DNA of 50,591 nt, from assembly GCF_001194135.2 (NCBI RefSeq), contig NC_069002.1:20303998-20354588 (forward strand). The letters are read 5' to 3'. Source of the DNA: Octopus bimaculoides. Taxonomy: Eukaryota. Made by a program: the position numbers and the translations under genes. The stretch's first letter is position 1. Each line of letters starts with the position of its first letter. The notes beneath the pieces are model-generated. The model searched no databases. It was not told where the DNA came from and saw only the letters and a program-made list of their open reading frames with translations. Shown here in pieces: positions 40,935 to 50,591 of the stretch.

Positions 40935-41157
40935 GGTTTGAAATTTTGGCACGAGGCCAGCAATTTCAGGGTAGACATTAATAGAATACATGACTCCCAC
41001 AGTTCAGCAGGTACTTATTTTGTGGACGCCGAAATAATGAAAGTTAATGCCGACCTTCGTGAAATTTGAATTCAGAAAAAAATATAGACGAACGAAATGC
41101 CCACAAGCATTTATTCCGGCGTGCTAACAATTCTGCCAGCTCGCTGTCTCAAGCGGT
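40935..41157 (-). mobile_element. SINE family 2, diverged copy
   Basis: Reverse complement reads cagcgagctggcagaattgttagcacgccgg...gaattcaaatttc...ggcctcgtgcc, homologous to 28466-28887. Confidence 0.75.
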
Positions 41158-41829
41158 AGATATGTGTTAATAAATAAGATGTAAGAGGCAATACAAACAC
41201 GAATATGAAAATTTGAATTAATTCAATTTACATCGATTAATATGTCGGATTTGTTATTAATCCCAACAAGTGTAGGAATAGAAGAGATGAAGTTGAACAT
41301 GCACAGATGTTATATGAGAATTAATTGCAATTTAAAATTATATTAAAATACAGAAATAAACTTTACCTGTTTTACTTTATATTTTCAAAAATTGTTCCAC
41401 GAATGATGTCTGTATTTACCGTTGTTATACAAATAGTTTGTTTTTAAAGCAATGGTGTGCCTCTGAACGCTATCCGCTAACGTGCAAATTGATTTATCAA
41501 CGTTTATTCATTAAACTCATTGAATATGTCATATGGTAGTTACAAACGTGAGATATGAATAAGTTAATTAATAATTATTTACATAAAATGTTGTAGTGTT
41601 CATTCTGTCGAAGAATATTGTTACCAGACAGTGCTAGTCCCCATTCATTTAACTTTTTAATGCATATCCCTCCTTTCTTAACATGTTGTGAAGTAAGCAA
41701 TATAACGAGGTGTGGGGTAAATGAGACGGATGATAGTTTCTACATGAATTTTGATTTTCTTGAGAACGAGCCAAGTGGACATTTTGCAAAAAAAAAAAAA
41801 AATTACTAGGAAAAGGGGGATTGTGATGT

Positions 41830-43330
41830 TCTTTTATAGGCTGATGCTTGTATTTTTAAATAAGCGGATTTCCTTTATTAATTCTGCTTGATCTGGAACA
41901 TTTTCTGCACATTGATAGAGTGGCAAGATAAGAAATATGGGCAATTTGGCTACCAGGCACGGAATTCGTCTTGTCTTGGGAGCACGTGTCTGTTGAGGAT
42001 AAATATTTAATCTCATTCTTTAATTACATTTAGTTTTCCCAATGTAATCTTGCCTTGAATTCGTTGTATTTGATGACATATTAAATTTTTGAAGAAGGTT
42101 TTTCAGGTTGGTGTTTTACGTAGCAAGAACTAGTCTCGATTGAAATGTATAAATTACCTCCTCAGTAATATTCTTACACGTTCGAGAATTGGATCAGCAA
42201 CACATTTTACCTGTTGAAGTTCATTCCGTAGTTGGTAGCTTCGCGTTGGTAGGTAGATTTTTGGGTACTTTGGTTCTCTTTTCCTTTTGGCTATATTGGA
42301 TAATTCAAATGACTTTTTCGTTGTTGGGTCTTGACTCCATAACGATATGTTTCTACATGTTTTTGTTTATTGCGTTGTGTGTTGTAATTAAATATAGTGT
42401 TTTTTTTTTTTGCGTTTCTGAACTGTTTTTGGCTTTTCGTGATACTTCAATGTGTATTGCTTTGGTGCTTTCTATTCTATTTTCCATTAGAGTAAACGAC
42501 TACATTCTTTCAGGTAATGCGTGTTTTAATTTAAGGAATCTTTCATTCTGAACATTCGGATGGGAGTCATATTTTCGGATTCTCCTAATTAGGTTAAAAG
42601 GAATATTGTATTTGGTATATTTTCGATGCACGAAGCAAATAGTAGGTGCTGTTTAGAGACCGCTGGTTTGTATAGATGTCCTTTTGTGTATTTTTTGAGT
42701 TTTTAATAAGCAAAATGTCTTAGAAGGATTGTTGATGGTGGTTAAACTCCATGGTGAACAGAATACTATTATTGACATTTTTGGGTAAGAATTTGAAATC
42801 ATTGAGTTCATGTTAGTTGTACGTCTACGGGATAAGGCAGTCACTTAAGCATTTTTTCCAAATGTTCACCAGATGATTTTGTAAGGTGAGCCCGTTATTA
42901 ATTTTGCCTTGCTTATATAGTTTGACCTCTACATTAGCTATGACCAATTGGCGTTATGTTGGTGACAAATTGTAGCTATAGAAAGCATTTGTATCGTTTT
43001 TTTTTCGTTGAGTGTTTTAAGTTAGAATGGTTTATTATTTTAGGTTGGTTTTCTTTATCTTGTGCCACCGAGTGCATTGCAATCTTCCTTCTAGGCTTAA
43101 AAAATGGATTGTCACGTTTGTTCTTTTTGTTCTCTTCCTAAGTCTGTGGTTCTATTCCCTGTTTCTTTCCAGTGTTCTGCAATAATTATTATCCTTTGAA
43201 CGTCTGAATAAATACTGTTCATATCTTGGACAGTTTATCCTCTCATGGTAACTGTTTCTTTCTATATATTACAATATCCTACATGTGATCTGATTTGGTG
43301 GATATGCTGTTGTCTGGAGAGCATGAAATT
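41830..43330 (-). mobile_element. Decayed Penelope-like element (RT + GIY-YIG endonuclease)
   Basis: RT 'WKKCLSDCLIP...NSILFTMEF...SF*DILLIK...KDIY' (equivalent to WKRYLDDCF..FTME..PFLDI) and endonuclease 'QDYIGKT..RMRLNIYPQQTRAPKTRRIPC..FLILPLYQC'. Many stops. Confidence 0.7.
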
Positions 43331-44414
43331 GACGTTGTTCCTTGAAAAGTTTGGTGGGTAAAATTTTTTATATATAAAACTCACACGATTTAATTTTATA
43401 TAGAAATGCTTTAGAATTATTTACTTCTTGAAATTCATTGTCATCTCTATCAAACTAGACAGCGTCCCTTTCCCAAAGTCGAAACGATGTCAATTTTTCA
43501 TTTAAACGTTCTTCTCACCAGAGTTTAATTGTGATTTCAAGCAGAACGCCTTGGGTCTTTTTCGAAATTTCCATTTGTCAACAGATCTGACTTTTCCTTC
43601 ATTTATGATATCTCTAAGACATAATAGCTGAATATCCATTTTAATTTTTCGATAGTCGTCCATTCTCTCAATTTTCTTTATTTTTCCGTTTCATTTTTGA
43701 TTGGTTTATTTGAAATTTCTGGGTAGAATATTTGGAGTTGTATTCAAGCAAATTATATATACAATTGCTGTGAAACTGTTTAACGAATTCCAAGACGCAA
43801 AGTTTTGGCTTCTGAGCTCCTCATTCCAGATATGATTTACACGGTGTTTGATCGAACAAGTTTGTTGATCCACATAGTTATTGATAATTTCTTGATTTGA
43901 ATTTGAATTTTCTTCCGTGGCTAGTGAAGTTGCTGTTTCTATTATAATTGATTTAGAATCAGGACAATCTCTGTGTATTGGCTATTTACTACTGTTACCC
44001 AAATTTCTTTTGTATAATTCTGAAATTCTTCGATATTTACGTCAGGATACACAGTTTACAACAGATCACTTCAGGTTGTTTGAGCATATCTTTGTTCCAT
44101 CGGATTTCAGGGGCATTTTCGTTCCATGTGAGGAGATTATATATAGAAAAATGTTATTAATCCAGACAAGTGATGGAATAAAAGAAATGAAGTTGAAAAT
44201 GCATAAGGGAGTATATTAGAATTAATTAGAATGTTAATGCATTGAAAAATATAGCGATACGTTTTACCGTTTCACATTAGATTTTAAAAAGTGTATAGCA
44301 TACTACGTTGTGTTGCAAATCAGTACCATTGTAGGCGTTTTAAAAAATAGTTTGTTTTGAAAGTAAACATATGTATGTATATGTATATATGTATGTTTTT
44401 TATGTATGTATGAA

Positions 44415-44990
44415 TGCACGTCATTTTTGAGTTTTATTTCAAGATTTCTTGCCAATAGAGAAATATCCCGTTTATAACATAGATCAAAAGCTTCTTCATT
44501 GGAATTTCCACAACATCAACAGAGTATTATTGTATATATGTATTTCCACATAAATGTGCTATGTATGTATTATCATGCATGTAGTTGCATGTCGAGACAT
44601 GCTCATATATATTTAAATGATAAACTTCTGGAAGGTTTTACAGAATTTTACTGTTCCAGTGATGGCTGCGGTCTGTAGACTTCGAATTAGCTTTCTCCAT
44701 TCTCGCTTTCAGAAGTCTAATTTCTCAAGATTGGTAGTTAGACACTGTTTACATATCCCAGAGCCCCATTAATTACAGGTATAAACCTGAACTTGTAATC
44801 TAGATAGAGTACCTGTTGGTTTCCTCAATAGTTCAACGTAGGTATGTTCTTTTTGGCTGATCATTAGCCTATTTTGAAAACATTCGCTGGGATGTTTCTC
44901 TTCTCTATCCCAATTACTGTCAGGTCTATTGTGTTTACATATTATTCAGCTTTTCACTGGAACATTCCATAAGTACTTCTTTTTTCTTGA
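44415..44990 (-). mobile_element. R4/Dong-type LINE 3' fragment with the same C-terminal motif class as 97-1618
   Basis: 'YLWNVPVK..CKHNRPD', 'YKFRFIPVINGALGYV', 'RKLIRSLQTAAITGTVKFCKTFQKF'. Flanked on both sides by (TATG)n. Confidence 0.8.
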
Positions 44991-45059
44991 GTTGCTATGG
45001 TTTCTACCATATGTATGTAAGTTACCGTATGTGTATGTATGTATGTATGTATGTATGTA

Positions 45060-45099
<40 letters not shown>

Positions 45100-45192
45100 G
45101 GGGGGGGGTATGCGTATGTATATGTTTATGTCCGTAGGTATATGTGCATTAGTGTGTGTGTATGTGTGGGTGTATACTCAGTGAGAAACACT

Positions 45193-45224
<32 letters not shown>

Positions 45225-45254
45225 AAGAGAGAGAGAGAGAGACAGTGAGAGTGA

Positions 45255-45300
<46 letters not shown>

Positions 45301-45619
45301 GGTTTTTAACTTTTAAATTTTCATATTCAAAAGAGACAGAGACTTCAAACTCGATATATCGATTTATTCACCACTCTATGTTAACATTTCTGTGCCAAAC
45401 TTATCCAGTGACTGGTCCATTGGATTTAGACATTTGGCACTTCTTCAGGAGCGGTTACCATCCGAGCAAAACACGAAAAAACACATACATAACGATCATT
45501 AAATACTTAGAATCTCGTTAGATTTCATTAGCTGACCGAAACTCTTAGATCTTTCAATTGTATATTACTATCATCAATATTTGCTGTCTCGTTAAACTAT
45601 GCTAGACAAATCCCAAAAG

Positions 45620-45679
<60 letters not shown>

Positions 45680-45720
45680 GTGTTCTGGCCATTAACCCTA
45701 ACCCTCTCTGCCTTACTCTG

Positions 45721-45767
<47 letters not shown>

Positions 45768-45984
45768 ATTATCTCTCACTTCGCCAGGACTATAAACTAA
45801 CGCACGCACCCCGATTCCCGCACTCGATCTTAATAACTTTGCATCACCAGTACCGGAAGTTCCAATCCTCTCCGGTCCTTGGGTTGTCTCCCATGAATAC
45901 TTCTAAAGGCTTCAGGCCACCCCCACCCCTACTTAGTGTTTATCTCCTATTATGTAAGGTAGTGATCATATAGTGCACAAATAT

Positions 45985-46652
45985 GATAGTGTAGTGTTTG
46001 CAAGTTGAATTGAAGGCCACTGCTTGTTTATGCTGTGCGTAAGGAGACCCGGCAAGCCAAGTGAGACCATAGCCCGAGGCCTCTGCCAGGGGTGTAGCCA
46101 GCCCACTTATGCTTACCTTTCCTTCATTGGACACTAAACTCCGCTTGCGAAGACCTCTTGGGGCAAGTGAAATCTGAATCGTGATGGCACATATGCCAGT
46201 GGAACGCTAAGAGCACCGTCCGAGCGTGATCATTGCCAGAACAGCTGCCTGGCTTCCGTGCCAGTGGCACGTAAATAGCACCATCTGAGTGTGATCGTTA
46301 CTAGCGTAGCCTTACTGACACTTGTGCCGGTGGCACGTGAATAAAAGATTCGGGCGAGGTCGTAACCAGTGCTGCTGGACTGGCTCATGGGCAGGTGACA
46401 CGTAAAATACACCATTTTGAGCGTGGCCGTTGCCAGTGCCGCTTGACTGGCCTTCGTGAGAGTGGGACGTAAAAACACCCACTACACTCTCGGAGTGGTT
46501 GGCGTTAGGAAGGGTATCCAACAGTAGAAACTCTGCCAAATCAGATTGGAGAGTGGTGTAATCATCTGGTTCGCGAGACATCAGTCAAATCGTCCAACTT
46601 ACGCTTGCATGGAAGGTGGACGTTAAACGATGATGATGATGATGATGATCAT
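45985..46652 (+). mobile_element. SINE-like repeat with internal short tandem units and an RTE-type 3' end
   Basis: Repeated 'gtggcacgtaaa(t)agcacc..gagcgtg..cgttgccag' units, then 'ggagtggttggcgttaggaaggg.atcca..gtagaaac...gacgttaaacgatgatgatg' tail. Confidence 0.75.
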
Positions 46653-46662
46653 NNNNNNNNNN

Positions 46663-47900
46663 TAGGGTAAAAACGAAAAACAAAATCAAGTGATTTGGTG
46701 AATAAAATTTGAAGAAAAGCAACAAAAATCCATTAGGTTATAGCAGTACGGACGTTTCATACAAACCTCATTTATTTATGTAGTGAGAACACCACATAAG
46801 ATGTGCAATGAAAATGTACTCCTCAGCTGCATAATGGAAGTTCATTTCAGAAATAATTCAATTTGTAGATGTGTGCAAATACAAGAGTAGGAGATGAAGA
46901 AAATACCATCTTGACTGGGCTGTTAATCAACAGTCTAGTGAACCAAACAGGAATTTAATTTCTATATATTCTAATTGAAGGGTTAAGTTAGCAGTAATTT
47001 CAATTTAGAGGAAGGTAGATTAAGTAGTAAGGGACAGCAGGTTAGGGGTAAATCAAGCAAGAGAAAAAAGAGATAAGAAAAAAAGAAAATATATATATAT
47101 ATATAGAAATAAAAATGAAAATGGAAGGACAATACCCAAAGGAGTGGATAGAGGAAATTTAAGGTAAGGGAATTTAGGTCAAGTTATTGGAGAATTATTA
47201 AGAATATATCTATTCGTCTGTATATTTAGAATAATACAACAAACTAAAGTACTAAATTTAAAACCATGGAGAACATTAATAGTTAAAATAGAACAAGACA
47301 AATATTTATCGCTAAAATAAGATATACATTTATATGGAGTAGTAGAAGAGAAATATTATTTATAAGAAAAACCATAATAAGAGAAAATATCAATGGCCAA
47401 GGCAAATCAAAGTGAAGGGTGAAGAAGGAGAAGGAAAAAAGAAGGGAGGAATAAAGTTAGAAAATCAGGACTAAACTAAGAGTATTAAAGCTATGGTTTC
47501 AGAATTGTTAATATGGTAGAAGAGACTTAGAATTAGCTAGAGAAATGTAGGAATATTATCAGTGGGTTGGGAAAGATTAAAATGTATTCCGAAATTATAC
47601 TTTAAAGCTATAACTTAAATAAAGTAGTTAATAGTCTGGGAAACGAAAGGAATTAAAATAATATATTATTAGCAAGATTTACTTTTTAAAATATTTAAAG
47701 GTGCGAGAGTAACAATGTACACATAGAACCCTAAGGTCAGATCTATCGTTAATTAGATTAGGATTATCCTTAAGTTTAAAAATTTCATAAATTTCCATAG
47801 AGCACAGTCCACAGCAGTATCTACTATTTCTATAGTGTTGTGCTCTCCTGATGATTTCCCATTTAAGATTAAAATCGATATCATTTTCCTTCAATTCCCA
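46663..47900 (-). mobile_element. Penelope-like element 3' portion: GIY-YIG C-terminus (ORF 47679-47894), 3' UTR and hammerhead
   Basis: 'FNLKWEIIRRAQHYRNSRYCCGLCSMEIYEIFKLKDNPNLINDRSDLRVLCVH' matches the PLE ending 'WKII..A..Y......C.LC..E...I......LLN.RSEL...C.H'. Confidence 0.8.
46743..46831 (-). ncRNA. Type I hammerhead ribozyme motif with an extended stem II
   Basis: UGCAG-CUGAGGA-GUACA...UUAUGUGGUG-UUCU-CACUACAUAA...UGUAU-GAAAC-GUCC-GUA|CUGC. Confidence 0.75.
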
Positions 47901-47912
47901 AATTTTATTAGG

Positions 47913-47914
<2 letters not shown>

Positions 47915-47967
<53 letters not shown>

Positions 47968-47968
47968 C

Positions 47969-48000
<32 letters not shown>
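47915..48000. repeat. (AAT)n microsatellite
   Basis: Directly visible. Confidence 0.95.
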
Positions 48001-48003
<3 letters not shown>

Positions 48004-48250
48004 CAAAGCCGTGACTTTAACTAAAATACAATCAACAACATTGAATGATTTGTGCCAGTAGACGACCAACGTCATGAAAATCACAGTAATATCAGTGCCA
48101 AGCAATGCTCTATCAACGGTTACCTGTCTTCGGTATTTCCCATTGCCTGTCTTTCAGTATTTCATGAGCTAGNNNNNNNNNNNNNNNNNNNNNNNNNNNN
48201 NNATAAGATTGCCAAGAATTTATCTCTCTCATCAAAGATCAGTGGCTATC

Positions 48251-48297
48251 GGACGCCGACGAAGGGAAATAACCCTGAAACCCGGATCCGTTCGTGC
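48251..48297 (+). ncRNA. Hammerhead-like motif with a U4C core change
   Basis: GGACG-CCGACGA-AGGG-AAAUAA-CCCU-GAAAC-CCGGAUCC-GUU|CGUGC. Confidence 0.35.
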
Positions 48298-48952
48298 TAC
48301 AGATCACGATGAGAGGGATAACTTCCCTTGGCAATCAAGACACAGTAGTGTGTCGATAAGCCAGCTGGAGGAGATGTCCTCCTGGGGCTAAAAGCAACAG
48401 TAACATCCACCCCTAGGGGTCAGCCACACTTAAGTGGGAATATACTTCACTATATATATATATATATATATATAGGTTGGCAGGCGGTGCAGTGTAAATA
48501 TATATATATATATATAATAAGTGGCAAGCAGTCACTGATAAGGGAGTAAACAACTTCATAGATTGGCTGTCACTCATTTTTGATAAATTTTGCGAGCTGA
48601 AGGAAACTGCTGCTATTTCTCGCGGACAAGTATCTACCACTGAGGATGAGCACACATATCATGACCCTGTACGGGCTGGAGGTTCTATCAGTGGAAGATA
48701 TTGGGGTTTCTCCCCCACCCCTGCTTGCAACATATATGGTTTGCAGATTGCATCCAATAACAAGCTGGAAGAGCTGTCCTTCTGGAGTTAAAGTGCTAGT
48801 AACGTTGGTTTTTATGGAACGGCCATGATGAACTGGCTATAAACAATACTTATATATATATAAATTCAGGTGAATATGGTACTTAAGTTTAGGCACCAGA
48901 AATAAGTATGATATTTTCCATACAGTTTCAAAATAAGGTGATTAAAATCAAA

Positions 48953-49970
48953 ATATCCAACAAGTTAATGCAGTACGATCGTTTCATGCGACTCCATTTA
49001 ATTAAGCAATATGAACATTACATCAAATGCAAAATGCAGATCAATCCTCAGCTGCACAAAGATATAGAAATTTAATGAAGTTACATTTAAACAAAAAGAC
49101 ATATTTTTATAACTACATCTGAACTCACCAAGTAGAAAGGAGGCTAGTAAATAATTCTAAGCAGATTTTTAACTGTCACAGATTTTATTTATTTTGTTGA
49201 TTTATGGACCCTCTTATCAGACCTGGTGATTCAAAGCTTAAGAGGGTACTGGCATTTTCTTTATAGGAAAGGGGTAAACAGTATAGACAGTAAACGTGGA
49301 TGATATAATTATAAAATGTCTTGGGGTTTAGTGACAAACAACTATAAGGGAGGGTTCTCTACTAGCAGGCCAGTTTATAATGGAGCAGGGGAAGTATTAA
49401 CATAAGGCACCTAGGTCAAAAGTATATAAAATAATGTTGCTATATTGTGTACAGATATATTAAATGGTTATTCATAGTTTTCATTAATCAGAATAATGTA
49501 ACAGTATTGTTGTACATATGCTAAGTTTCAAATACTTGAGATACCAATATTTGATTAATTAATATGTGAATAAATAAAAGCTAATTATAAATTAATAATG
49601 AAATAAATAGAAATAGTTTATAATACTGTAAGTAATCAATTAATGCAGTATGCAAAGACCATGATGTGGTATTGATTTAAAATGCTATGGTAAAGTACAT
49701 TTAGACTTATTTACACCAATATAAGGAACCATAGATAAGATGTGAAATTAAATTTTCTTTATATATATATCGGACGAAAATTCTAAAATTTAAACTTATA
49801 TATCTAATATCATTTAAAGGACACATAAGAGATAAAAGTTTATTATAGAATTAATGTAAACAATTGATACATAGGATTTACACGGTATAGAATGATGGAC
49901 GCATCAAGGTTTACATTGCTTAATTACATGGAGTCGCATGAAACGATCGTACTGCATTAACTTTGGATAT
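48953..49970. repeat. ~57-bp inverted repeat (48953-49010 / 49915-49970), consistent with a PLE inverted partial pLTR
   Basis: gttaatgcagtacgatcgtttcatgcgactccat at 48964 is the exact reverse complement of 49928-49961. Confidence 0.9.
48969..49056 (-). ncRNA. Type I hammerhead ribozyme motif, paralogous to 46743-46831
   Basis: UGCAG-CUGAGGA-59nt-GAAAC-GAUC-GUA|CUGCA. Perfect 5-bp stem I and perfect palindrome ACGAUCGU; base of stem II weak. Confidence 0.7.
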
Positions 49971-49979
49971 CATTGTTGG

Positions 49980-50052
<73 letters not shown>
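49980..50052. repeat. (TA)n microsatellite
   Basis: Directly visible. Confidence 0.95.
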
Positions 50053-50055
<3 letters not shown>

Positions 50056-50403
50056 ATCCTTCTCGAACTACAGTTCCCATATTCGGTTAAAATGTCTTAC
50101 GTTTAAGCTGGTTCCAATGCATTTCCTGAAGAGAAGATTACATTCTTATCAACATCATCTATTCCTATGGAAGGTATAATTTGTAATCTTCGAAACATAT
50201 GTTGGAAATAAAAGTATGCAGTTAACATATGCGTTTTACTCCATTTACTAAATTTATATACACTCAAGTACCCAACATAACAAGGAGTTTCTACCTCATA
50301 AACAAGAGTTACACCACAGTCATTTTGTGATCTTTGCTACCCTGGTATCTATTAACCAATTTATTTTGTCCGAGTTATTTATTAACTAGGAGAAAATAAA
50401 TAC

Positions 50404-50450
<47 letters not shown>

Positions 50451-50484
50451 TATATATATATACTTTTCTTTTATGATTTCATTC

Positions 50485-50591
50485 TTTTATTTGTTTCAGT
50501 CATTTGAGTACGGCCATGCTGGAGCACCGCTAAGTAACAGGGACGTAAACACACCAGCATCGGTTGTCAAGCGATGTTGGGGGGACAAACA
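50485..50591 (-). mobile_element. SINE family 1 3' part with an ~80-bp internal deletion, cut by the window edge
   Basis: tttcagtcatttga..cggccatgctggagcaccgc|taagtaacagggacgtaaacacacc, compared with 2151-2330. Confidence 0.9.

Noticed and set aside
43917-44219. 100-aa + strand ORF starting at GTG
   Set aside because: No recognisable domain or splice context; probably antisense to the 5' part of the PLE at 41.8-43.3 kb.
45500-45560. gttag..ctgac-CGAAACTC, a PLE-end-like stem II/GAAAC
   Set aside because: No CUGANGA upstream and no GUH site; at best a dead pLTR.
50210-50255. Possible third copy of the 48.97-kb pLTR (atgcagt...actccattta)
   Set aside because: Only two short matching blocks, and the hammerhead core is absent.

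Overview
AT-rich, microsatellite-saturated eukaryotic draft-genome DNA with about 10 N-gaps. It is most likely an octopus; this is inferred from the SINE families I recognise and the repeat landscape, and I cannot verify it here. I see no intact host gene, RNA gene or CRISPR array, and almost all listed ORFs are microsatellite or gap artefacts or antisense shadows of retroelements. The window is a graveyard of decayed elements: about 7 R4/Dong-type RLE-LINE fragments, a near full-length HERO-type LINE, an RTE 3' end, a CR1/L2/Jockey-type 3' end, Penelope-like elements (RT and GIY-YIG remnants), two mariners with TIRs, at least 4 SINE families and two long, about 96-97% identical foldback inverted repeats. 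The most notable signal is a set of minimal hammerhead ribozymes: CUGANGA...GAAA cores whose stem III is a different palindrome at each locus, as expected for dimer-acting Penelope-type hammerheads. They occur at 5.2/5.5 kb (both arms of a foldback), 40.1 kb, 46.8 kb and 49.0 kb, with decayed copies at 23.2 and 48.3 kb. Other signals are a strong minus-strand bias of the LINEs/PLEs and different R4/Dong lineages abutting different microsatellites.
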